From Pavona decussata (taxonomy: Eukaryota), in NCBI GenBank assembly GCA_977016875.1, contig CDRNST010000125.1, forward strand, positions 248,001 to 312,000: a DNA stretch of 64,000 bases. Reading direction: 5' to 3'. Every line of letters starts with the position of its first letter. Position 1 is the stretch's first letter. The position numbers and the translations under genes are program-made. Below are positions 13,101-25,100 of this stretch, in pieces. The notes under the pieces were generated by a model. That model was not told the DNA's origin, searched no databases, and worked only from the letters and a program-made list of their open reading frames with translations.

Positions 13101-16100
13101 CCTTTGCACGTGCTCGGAAATTTACTCTACTCAGCGTTTTTCGTGGCGTGGCTAGTTTATCGCGTTTTGTTGGGCTTTTCTTCCGTTTTTCTTCGAGGTT
13201 TTTTCTCTAAAAGCGTTGCCTTAGTGGTCAGCCTTCGATTTATTCTCAACAAGGGCGGTTTGACTGTCAGTGCTCGTTTTTTGGTGAGTGTTCGGACGCG
13301 TTTTGTCGCTCGCATCGTGTTGGCGTGTGTTGTTGTTCATTCATTGCTCGGCTCGCATGGCTCATCCGCGCTCAACTTACAACAGTTTGTCGGCGGGTGT
13401 AATCTCGTCTACATGCACTTCTTCAACTTCTTCTTCTGCTGCTAGTGTGGTAGTTTCGGCGGCTTCGGCGGGAACGTCCTCGTCGTTCTCCAATGACATC
13501 GCTTCCGCTATCGCCCAAGCGTTCAGTAACTCCCTTCCAACCATCATCGCGGCGATCCGGGATAACGCAGCTCCTGTATCGAGCGTTCCTTCAGTTGGCA
13601 CGTCCAACGTTTGTTCAACTCCTGCTACGGCATTCTCGTCCCCAGAGCCGCCTGGTCCTCTTAGCCGCTGGAGGCTGGGCACGAGGACCAAGTGGCTCTA
13701 GGGACACAGATTTGCGGAAGTCCTAGATTCTAGGACTTCCGGTGGTCATGTATGAAGTCTTGAAATGTCATTAAATTTAGTGAGAATAACATGGCGGCTG
13801 CTAGAGGCGATAAGTTTATTGAGATACTGGCGAATGTTCTGCGTCTCCTTATTTTGGAATCGATTTCTCTTCGTGAGCAGCTTCCAGGAACGCAATTAGA
13901 ATTATTGTCGAAAAAAGGAGGGATGTGTCAGGTGTCTCTGCCTTCGACAAATCCTTGATATTCCAGCTTTTGCCCTTTGTTTTGACCCAAGGCTTGAGGT
14001 CAGTGACTACATCATTTTGGTCGCATCGCCGTTGAATATGCTGAAACGGGATCAGATATCAAACTTGACAGCATGAAACTACCATCTGCAATGATTCTTT
14101 GAGGCGAATCGCTAGACTTCTCTATATCCCAAATGGAAGGAATATTAAGTGTTTAAGTTTATAAAAAAATAGGCAGGTTTTGGACAGTGGTGATCGAGAC
14201 TAGGGAAAAGATCAAAGCAGCTGTAGTTGATGAGGCTCATCTCATTGCAGAATGGTAACAAGTTTTATTATTCTTCTTTTCACAATAAACATATAGATTC
14301 TCTAGAACTATATACTTTGTGATCAGCCTAAATCACACTATACAAACCTGTGAGGGTTAATCTTGTACAATGTTATGCAAATCATTAATGGGAAAATGAC
14401 TACAGTATGTTCGCATTTTTAGGATGGACCTGGCGTTTCGAGGGCTCAATTTATAATAAAGATGAACCATCTGATGGATCATTCAATAATTTGTTTCTTT
14501 GTTTATTACACCTATTTTAAAATCACTGGTGATCCTTGCAATCTGATTGGCTTACAACAGTGTGATTTATTCACGAATCACACTATTTTTTGTCTCCAAA
14601 TCGCATCCCTTTAGCCCATGAAAATAAAATAAAATAAAATAAAATAATAATAACCACTTAAAAAATGGGTTTCTTGAAGCAAATCAATAAATATTAACAT
14701 TGACAAAAAGAAAAGTGATATCAAAATGGGTGTAATAAATTACTAAATATTGAACTTTGCACTCCACTCAGTTCTATTAACAATTATACTTTTAATAATT
14801 TCAATACATGAATGTCATTAGAAGGATAATCTGTGCCCATACTGTTATACACAGATGACTGATTATCAGGCAAACTAGTAACGCTCCATCTCTAGAATGT
14901 ATGCCTGCAAATTAACTACCATACAGATTCATCGAGTTGGATTATCCATCTCTGTTATAAATTCACCCATTTTGACTTCAGCACACTTATTATATTACAC
15001 ATTGACATTTGTGTGTTTAATCGTGTTATGTGTCTGTAGCCTTCAAGAGACTTATTTTGAGTTCATTGGGTTCAATGAGTGTTCCAAATATTAGATAAAT
15101 TGAAAAGTTGTTCTAAAAAAGACAAAATGTTGAATGCAATTTCTATTATGACATAAAATACAATGAATTTTCATATTTTTAGTGACACTCTTTTTATGTC
15201 TCAAAGAATTCTAGCAGTATTAGATTTGAAGGGATGACAGTGCACATGTAAATTATTTGTGTTGCCCTCTTCCACTTTCAAGTAGGTAATTTCCCAAATT
15301 CCGCCACCAGCCCCTCCCCCCCCCCCAAAAAAAAACAAAACAATCAAAACATGGATGTTGCAAAACTTAATAATATTCATGGGGAAATAATTATTTTTAG
15401 ACCTGTTCCTAGGTATGCTAAGTGTCATGTTTCCAAATGTACCTATAGTTGAACTGACAGTACCAGCAACAGAGAAAACAAGAGATATAATTTCAAATTC
15501 CGTAGAGATGGTGGATCCTATCATCATATCATTGAAGTGATCAAACAGAAAGAACATATTTTACACTGCTGCTGGATACCAACATAAATGAAATAGAGGC
15601 CTTCTTGCTGCCTTACATCGCAAAGCTAAAGGACTGTAAAGGAGCTGAGAAGAGATGCCCCTTACTGTGTTTCATTCCAAGTTAGAAATTAGTGAGGAAT
15701 GCTCCAGCCATTTGTGATCGTCACTTGGGCGAGAAGCAGTTTGCACCGATACTATGAGGCTCGGGAAATTTAGCCATTCAATTGCGTGGAACTACGAGCT
15801 CTTTCACTTTTGTCTCGATCTCAGCCAACGAAAGCTCCTGCGAAGATAGACTCTTTTTCTTTAAAGAATGCAATTCGTAAATGTTTTTTATCTTGTGAAA
15901 ACAAGGTTGACAGTTTTTTTTAGGAAAATTATCATCGAGCGAAACTTCCCTTCCCGAATAAATACTCTAAAGACTTTTGCCAACTCCACACCGTGTTTCC
16001 TTCACGAAACTATTGACAGAGTGGTTTCTAATTAAAACCCGTTTGATTATAACACCTACAGATGTTTAAAAAATTTGCCAACGGCTTTTTCGGAGAATCT

Positions 16101-19100
16101 TTAGCGATTTTTTGGCACCCGCCATCGTTCTGCATTTCTTTTTTACGCCTCTTTTATTTTTCGCGCCAGGCCGCCAGTCGCCCATCCCTTACTCTGCCGC
16201 TAACATTTTCACTTCCGTTTTAGATTTCTTTTGTCAGAAACTAGCCAATCAAATCCTGTGTCCCCAGAGCCTCCTTTCCCTCGTGCGAAGGCCCCGCCGG
16301 CTAAGAGGGACAGGAGGCTCTGGGGACGAGAATGCTGCTACGGTCGTTGCAGGCTCGATGGCTGCCGCTTCAGGTACGTGGACGTTGCCGGCATTTGTAT
16401 CTACCTTCCCGTCCGTGTCAGCCACCACCGGCTCTAACTCGGCTCGGCCTGTGCTGTCTTTTGCTTCACCGTTGACGGCCACTCATGTTGCCAGCTCGTC
16501 TTCCAGTCTCGGCAGTTTGCTTTTCCCACCGTCTGTGGACAAAGCATTTGTGGTTGGACCAGGACACGCCCCAATTCCCGCTAAACTTGTGGCGAAGATT
16601 ACGAGCGGTCAGTTCGTAGATTTAGCGGACTTGTTGTCAGCAAATCTGCGGACGGCAGAGCACGAGCCGCAAACCTTTTTGGACGGCAAGTTTGTGGTCT
16701 CTAAAAAGCGCCGGGCGGTTGAAGTACAGGACATATTGACCTGGACCGAGGCCTTCACTATTTTTCAGATGGTGATGTGTGCGACCCATCCCCATCGTTG
16801 GCCAGACCTCACTAAATATAAATTGCTCATCATACAAACGGCTCGGCAATCAACGAGTAAAGCGTGGATGGAGTATGATCTTGCTTTTCGCAAGGATGCT
16901 GCAGCAACTGGGGCATCTGACTGGTCGAAGATGAATTTGGATTTGTATAATTTTCACTTGCGGTCGCCAGCACCCATCGCCAACCCCCAGTCTTCTACTT
17001 CCCCACCCGTTACCGTGTCAGGAAGCCGGGGCTACAACTCCCAACCCCCTTACTGCATCTCGTGGAACAACGGGCAATGCCGCTGGCCTTTCGGGGAATG
17101 CCGTTATCGCCACATTTGCAGTTCATGTAACAGCGACCACCCCAGGGTTAGCTGCCCCTTTCACCCCCCAGGGGTCGGTCGCTCACGTTCCCCTTCCCCT
17201 GCCAAGGGGGGGCGGTACTGAGAGGATTACAAGTCCTCCTGCTTCTGGTGTACATAGTGTAAATAACCTTGTTCCTGTTGCTCCAGACCAGCACCGTGGC
17301 TTTTGTGGCTCAGTGGCTGTGCCTTCTTCGGATTCAACTGGTTTATCCGGAAGTTTGGTTCCTGTTCATTCGTTTTCTCCATTAGTTCCAGTACATTTGG
17401 TGTCCCCGTTGCAGTTATCCCAGTTTCAGGCAGAGTTGTGTGACTATCCAGATCAGACGGCAGCAGACTATGTTCTTACCGGTCTCCGTGAGGGCTTCCA
17501 CATTGGCTTTGAGACCTCATCAGTCACCCTGCGGTCAGCCTCTTCTAACATGCGATCTGCCCTTGTCCACCCATCCGTCATAGATGCTTACCTTGAGACA
17601 GAGGTTTCACATGGAAGAGTTGCAGGCCCATTTACATCGCCTCCTTTTCCTGACTTGCACATCAGTCGTTTTGGAGTCATCCCGAAAAGCAACCAGCCGG
17701 GTAAATGGCGTCTCATCTTGGATCTCTCTTCACCAGAGGGCCACAGCGTTAATGACGGCATTCCAAAACCCCCCTTTTCAGTTCAGTATGTCACGGTTGA
17801 CTCCTTTATAGAAGGCATTATGGCTAGGGGCCGAGGAACTCTTATGGCCAAGTTCGATGTGGCAAGCGCCTATCGCAATGTGGCTATTCATCCCCAGGAT
17901 CGTCCGCTCTTAGGAATGGTTTGGCGTGGCAAATACTACGTTGACATGGCTCTCCCATTTGGTCTGCGTTCAGCACCCTACATCTTCACTGCTATTGCAG
18001 ACCTGGTTCAGTGGATGCTGACTCAAAACTATGGAGTTGACTTCCTTCGCCATTACTTGGATGATTTTTTGACCTTAGGTCCTCCGGCTTCCCCAGTCTG
18101 TTACAACAACTTACAGGCGTGTATCCAGTTGTGCTCTAAGATAGGCCTCCCCCTTCACCCTGAGAAGCTGGAGGGTCCCTCTACTTGCCTCTCCATCCTT
18201 GGTATTGAGCTCGACTCCACCACAATGCAGGCCCGTCTCCCAGCGGAGAAAAGAGAGAGGATCATTGCCCTGCTGGGTACTTGGTCGGGTAAGCGGTTCT
18301 GTAAGCGGCGGGAGCTGGAGTCCCTTATTGGCCACCTCCACCATGCATGTAAGATAGCTCCTCAGGGAAGGACATTTCTCCGACGCATGATTAACTTACT
18401 GTGTACTTTCAGGCGCGATGACCATCCCATTAGACTGAACCAGGAGTTTCATCGGGACTTGACATGGTGGCAGGAACTGTTCCAAAGCTGGGAGGGTCTC
18501 AGTTTCTTCCTTATGCCTTCGTGGGCCCCCCTTCCAGATTTCCAAGTGTCATCAGATGCTGCAGGCTCTCTGGGCTATGGAGCTATCTTTAACAACCAGT
18601 GGTTCTTTGGTGCGTGGTCAGCTTCACAGCAGCCCCTCTCAATTGCATACAAGGAGCTGTTCCCCATTGTTGTGGCGGCGTACTCGTGGGGACCCTGGTG
18701 GGCGTCACGGCGGGTCGAGTTTTTATGCGACAACGAGTCTGTGGTGGCTGTTCTGTCTTCTGGTACCTCCAGAGACCCTGACTTAATGGTTTTGTTGCGT
18801 TACTTAGCATTGTTGGCAGTGCGCCATTCATTTTCCTTTACTGCATCTTCAATTCGTGGTAAATCTAACCCAGTTGCGGATGCTCTTTCCCGTTTCCAGT
18901 TTCAGCGATTCAGGCACCTGGCCCCACAAGCCGAGCAGTCTCCGATGACAGTCCCCCCTGCTCTACTGGAGGCGTTGCACGTCATGTGACGGAGAGATGC
19001 CAATTTTTCCTTTACCAGGGTCTGGCCCCGTCTACACGTCGGGTATACTTGTCCGTCCAGCGTCGCTACTTCGATTTCTGCCGTCAGGATGGCCAGCTGA

Positions 19101-22100
19101 GTCCAGATAGTGCTCTTTTGCCAGCTGATGAACAATCGCTCATGCGTTTTGCTTCTTTTTTGGCTGACAGCCTACACCACTCGTCCATTAAAGTGTACCT
19201 CAGTGCAGTGCGGTCCCTTCACATTGACAATGGCTTACCTGATCCCCTGATTAACTGTCTGCAGCTACAGCGGCTGTTAAGGGGCATTAAGCGTGTGCAA
19301 GGTTCATCTACCACTAAGCGCCTTCCCATCACTATTGACCTCTTAAAGGTCATCCAGCGATCCTTGGACCTGAATTCCCGGGACCATGTCATGCTCTGGG
19401 CGGCGTGTTGCCTCGGTTTTTTCGGTTTCCTACGAGCTGGTGAGTTTACCACAAATTCTTCATTTGACCCTAGTATCCATTTGACAGTTGGCGATGTGCA
19501 AGCGGATTCCTTGGTGGACCCAACATGTTTTAAAGTTCATATCAAGTGCTCGAAGACAGACCCCTTTCGCGTAGGCTGTGACATTTATGTGGGTCGGGGC
19601 AACAGCCTTGTCTGCCCAGTGCTGGCCCTTGGTAATTTTTTGGCTCTGCGTGGCCCATCTCCAGGGCCCCTGTTCTGCTATGCGGATGGCCGTCCGTTAA
19701 CTCGGCAGCAGCTGTCATCCACGGTGCAGGCTATTTTACACTCTGCTGGTTATTCAGGCTCTTACTCAGGCCACAGCTTCCGGATTGGTGCAGCTACCAC
19801 AGCTGCTGCACGGGGAATCCCTGATCACCTTATTAAGACTTTAGGCCGATGGTCTAGTGATGCCTATCAACTCTATATCCGCACACCAGTTGGCTCTCTT
19901 ACCCAGGTCTCCAGTGAGTTGGCATAGCAGGTGGGGCTTGTGCGTCTCTTCACTTGGGGTTGGGTGCCTCAGGTCTGGTCCCTTGGGGGGCTGTGTCTCC
20001 TTGGCCACGAGCCCCCAATTGCTCCGGGCTGTCCCAACCCGGAGGTCCTTCGGCATGGCGGGCGGGGCTCGTGGCTGGGTTGTGGGTAGGGCAGGCTTAT
20101 GGGGTGTTCTACCTACCTGGGTTTGGGTTGGCGGTACCAGCCCCTGGCTCCTGGGCACCCAACCTCCATTTGCGACATAGGCGTTAAATAGGGTTAAATG
20201 TAATTTAACTTAGTTAACAACTTGGAGCAAGTTTGCTCCGTGGTGACGTGGCGTAGCGAGGCGTTAGCGTTTATTGGCGTATAGTTTGAGCACGGGTAGC
20301 ACATTAGCGTTTGGGCATTTGTTGTTACATTATTGTTTGGGGCCTGGTTCAGGTCTGCAGGCAGTTGCGTGGCCAGCGGTATTCTCTTGCAGTTTAGGCG
20401 TGCTCCTTTGCACGTGCTCGGAAATTTACTCTACTCAGCGTTTTTCGTGGCGTGGCTAGTTTATCGCGTTTTGTTGGGCTTTTCTTTCCCTCCCTTCCCT
20501 CCCAGTAGTGTTACCTTGTTATTGTTGGGGGTTGGTTAGGGTTAGGGTTAGTTCGTTGTCTTATGTACTTATTATTTTTCCACTGAGCTTTTTGTCTCAG
20601 TGTGACGGGTGCTAGGGTTGGGGCTGGGTTGTGGGCGGGGCTCGTGGCTGGGTTGTGGGTAGGGCAGGCTTATGGGGTGTTCTACCTACCTGGGTTTGGG
20701 TTGGCGGTACCAGCCCCTGGCTCCTGGGCACCCAACCTCCATTTGCGACATAGGCGTTAATTTTAACTTACCACAGTGAGCATTCCCTTACTTATCTGAC
20801 TATACTTCTCTTATTGCCCAAATACTCATTTATAATGCTTTTAAAAATTTATAGAAACCACGATGAAGGACAGTAAAGTACATGATTGTATTAACATCAC
20901 CTCTGCATATGGAAATGTTGCATATTTTCCATCCAGGTCTCTCACTGGCTCCTTGTTGTCTCTAAAGTCTAATATATCCAGTATTTTGTGCGAGTAGTGG
21001 TCTTCTGCTCCATTATAATAACCATAGAAAGTATCAAAACCACGATAGGTTGGAGTGTATTCCCACTTGTTATAGCCCAGGTGCCATTTACCAATCATAT
21101 GAGTTGCATAACCTTCAAGAAAATAATAATTTTAAAATAATTTAATTATTAACAATTATTAATAATTTAATAATCATTAGATAATTACAATCATGATCAG
21201 AATAATCAATATTCATTATTTTACGGAATTTTATGACTATAATTTTATTATAATATGATGTTATATGGCTAAGGCTAGTGGCTAATATAACGCATGCTCT
21301 GATTGGCTAAGAGTGAGATCAGAGCAGGGCTTAACGCACCCCTAATGCCCATGGGCTGATTACGAATTATGCAAATTAGAGTAAGGCTTGAATTGAAATG
21401 CTATTTTTTTAGCTTAAAGTGCCTATGAAGCGAAAATTGTTTTTAGGTAGTTATAAAATTTCAAACACTCGATTACAAAGTTTGAGATTGCTGGGGTAAA
21501 AATTTCCGATTTTGAGAGCGCTCAAAGCTGGGCTATTTTGGCCTCAAAAATGTTTTTTGAATCGCGCGGCCAAAATGCCGCGAGACAATACCCGCTGACG
21601 TCATGTTGGTGCCAAGAATTACAATTCATCATGGCGGAAGAGAAGAAAGAATATCTCTTTATCGTTGCTGCTTGATGTGTCAGAGAAGCTGCTCATTTCA
21701 GAATCGCTACACATGCTTTTCCCTTTCTACAATCCTCTTTGGCGGCAAGAACAGAGTGAGAGTAAACAAACTTTTGGCACCAAAGTGACCCAGTCCTCTG
21801 ACCATTTTTGAGAGCAAAATAGCCAAACTTTAAAAGTTCGTAAAATCCAGAATTCTTACCCCAGCACTCTAAGACTTCAGAATCATATTAATATTTCAAA
21901 GTGCGAATTTTATAACTACACAAAAACTATTTTCGCTTCTTAGGCACTTTAAAAGGAAAGCCATATAATAATAAACAACTTAATAACCTTGACTGTTCAG
22001 TCATTACGGGAAAATCTCAAAACTTGGCCTAGCAGTATTTAATTTATTAATTATTGATTACGCTACTCTGTACTGGATGTCTAGGGTCTATCATTAAGAA

Positions 22101-25100
22101 CCATTTTCATTTTGACAATGGTATTAAATAAGAATTTCTTGAAAACCTCTGGAAGATAAAACATAACCTGGCAGCGACATAGTTTTTAGCTGTTGAAGGA
22201 GCCAGAGGAGCAGAAACACAGTGAAAAAGCGGTTGGATAGGAAGGTTAGTAGAGCTGAATTTGGATTGGATTGGATATTAACTTTAAACAAAGTTTATTA
22301 AAAAACGTGGTAAGTTTATCAGAGTCAATGTACTGACAGCATAAAATCAACTAAATTTATCCTAGGTATCCAACATACTAATTTACAAGAAGTAAAAATT
22401 TACTTTAAAGTAAAAAATCGACCATCAGTCTGGAAAAAAACTATTTTAATTTACAGTTTGTACACAATGTAAGAATACAATAATTATTTTAATATTTATT
22501 AGTCACTGCAAGAGGGTGCAAGAGTAAGAAAATGATCTTTTTTTTTTCTCAATTAAAGTAGAAAATCTAAGATTATATTTTGTATGATTTTATTTAACAT
22601 ACCCGGTACTCACCTGATTCCTTGAGTTTCTGCGGTAAAGTAGTGAAATTCAATGGCAATCCGTAAGCACTTGCAGGAAGTAGTACCAGATGTTGCAGAC
22701 CTGCATTGTTCACAAGGAGAAAACATAATTAAAAAATTAACCTTTCAGGTCTCAAAATATAATCATATTAATTATAATAATTATTATTGATTTGTTGAAC
22801 TAAGACATATTAAGAACTGTATAAATTAAAGTGGTTTGAAACTTACATTCAGTGAAAATGCTTTTATTAACACTTTGTTTTTCACCATCATTACAAAATA
22901 AGCTGTAATTATAGCTTTTCAAAAATTAACAAAAATTATTATATGATTGGCTAATTACTTAAGGCTAGTGCCTGAAATAATGCATGCTCTGATTGGCTAA
23001 GTCGTAAGAGCAGGGCATATGCACCCATAATGCCCACAGGCCGATTATGGATTATGCAAATTAGGGATAGGCTTAAATTGAAATGCTTTAAAATGTTTTC
23101 TTAAAAAGAAAGCCATATAATAAACAACTTAATAGCCTTGACCGGTTGGTCGTTATGGGAAAATCTCAAACCTCAGCCTAGCCTTATTGCCTTTGCTGTC
23201 GCTTGGTCACTACGGCAAGGCCTAGGTTTGAGATTTTCCAGCAACAACCTCCTTCTCGGTTTTAATTAAGCAGTTAAAACTGACCTACAAACTCCTCTCC
23301 CACATTTACCAATCATTAATGTCTATCAATGAAAAAAAAAAAGGTCTGGACAGACGTCTGTCAGTATATAGAAACAGTGTTTGAATCAGAACTTGAAATT
23401 GGAAAATTCCCATCCCTGTGTGACAATTTGGCCTCCCAAAAGTGTAGTCTACTGTTGTCTAGATAGTGGTTATAATTGAATGCTCTTGTAAAGCAACTGT
23501 GCCTCAGTTTGCTTACGCCACAGCTATATGTACAACGATTTGAATTAGTGCCCATCATACATATACCCCTGACTCCCACTGCATCAAATGGGAAAGGGGT
23601 GAACACTAATTAATTATTTTCAGAGGGGTTTATATTAGGAATTTGGCAATATGTTGAATGTGAGCTGCATTATATTGCATGGGTTTGCCTGGCATTCAGT
23701 TGTGCATCCATTGAATGCACAAATTTCAAATTTTGGAGGGGCTTATACCAGTGGTTACATCATCTTGTCTAAGTGCAGTAAATATCATATTGCTAACAAC
23801 TATATGTACTTAGAGGACGACACAAAAATATGGTATGACTTTGCTGACCATCTGCTATATGACTTAATGTTATGTAATGGAACTTGTCTAGGATGATGAT
23901 GACGTTTTGACTGAGTGAAACCAAGAGATCTGGGGTAGGTGACCAACACAAAAAATACAAGAAAAGAAAGAAAAAGAAAAATAATGGGTATTGCTAGAAG
24001 GAGTACATCATGCATGTGATGACCATTTAATGAATATAGATACTAGGTCAAACCAGTAGTCACTTGATTGGCTGTTGGAAATCTTATGACTATCAGCCAC
24101 ATAACTTAAAGGTTAGGTCATAGACATATGACCATTATACAATATTTAGAAATGGCCAGATCTCACATTCACCTGTCACAGAGGGTGGTCTAGATTTTTA
24201 TTTATTTTTTTAATAGCCAGTTAATACCTATTTATATCCACCAAAATAAAGGGTAGTTTACTTTAGAAAACTCTTGAAATTTAGTTGAAACTAAAAACAG
24301 AGAGTGCTTGGACTGGTTACATTGTTTCAGTTCTGCTAGCCTGCAGAACAGGCTTTTTTTTTTCAGCCTTTTGGGCAAGAAGTTAATTTATGCAGCTCCA
24401 GAACCTATTTTCACTTCAACTCTCAATCCAAGCTGGCCTCGCATTTTTGGTGCACCTGCTAACATCTTGTGTACTGGTTCATTAATGTTTTCTCTCGGGG
24501 AAGTGCATGTGAAGATATCATTAGGCATTTATAGTTCAAAACAATAAAATATATTCTGTCCCTCCATATTGCTAATTTTAAAGAATAAAAAATATATTGC
24601 TTTTCTTTGGGCTTTAGAGAAAACAAACTTTTAATAGTCTCGTGAGGGTAGCATGAAAAAATAGGTAATCTTATCCAAGCGCTATTGATGTCCTCTTGTG
24701 TTTATGTGTGCGTCTTATAAGTTTTTGTTTTACGTAGTTAGTTTGTTGTATAAACAGTAAAAGTAAGTTGAACAAACTTATTGAAATACAAAACTTGCAA
24801 ATTTAAGCCAACCATCATTTACATGTAATAAATGTACTTTTGTAAGCCAAAGTGAAAATCTGGGCCCCAATGTTTTAAACTCGATGCAGTTATTGCCGAT
24901 CAAGTTTTTTTTATTTATGGTAGTTACATTTCGACAAGGCCGCGCGCTTTTCAGAGATGCCTATCCCGATAGTCAATGTAGTTCCACCCCCTGTCGTTTT
25001 CTGAGAATCCTTTCGCCCCTTTTTTTCCCATTATTAAACCGTTAATCTAGCTTTAAACTCACCAGTGTGGATTGGGTACATTCCTGTCATCAGCGCACTT

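Larger units (their letters stand above)
13631..16334. mobile_element. Non-autonomous AcademH-like DNA transposon (2,704 bp) nested in gag
   Basis: Termini CATTCTCGTCCCCAGAGCC...GGCTCTGGGGACGAGAATG; perfect 9-bp TSD CTGCTACGG (13622-13630, 16335-16343); internal RecQ-helicase remnants. Confidence 0.85.
13357..17221 (+). pseudogene. gag: Ngaro gag-like ORF interrupted by a DNA transposon (13357-13630 + 16344-17221; 383 aa when rejoined)
   Basis: Removing the insertion and one TSD gives in-frame ...STPAT|VVAGSM...; C-terminal Cys/His knuckle CISWNNGQC...[19 protein letters not shown]. Confidence 0.85.
12883..20760 (+). mobile_element. Ngaro-type (DIRS order) tyrosine-recombinase retrotransposon, full length, in sulfatase intron 3
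   Basis: Split direct repeats A1 12883-13182, B1 20060-20187, A2 20184-20486, B2 20633-20760; gag, RT/RNase H and YR ORFs; no methyltransferase seen; no ITRs. Confidence 0.92.

Noticed and set aside
16112-16334. N-terminal ~75 aa of the 369-aa ORF as a true gag start
   Set aside because: It is read-through from the inserted transposon's right end; the real N-terminus is at 13357-13630.
12883-20486. LTR retrotransposon or DIRS1-type call
   Set aside because: No integrase, no TG...CA LTRs, no ITR/ICR and no methyltransferase seen; the repeats are split direct repeats with a tyrosine recombinase.
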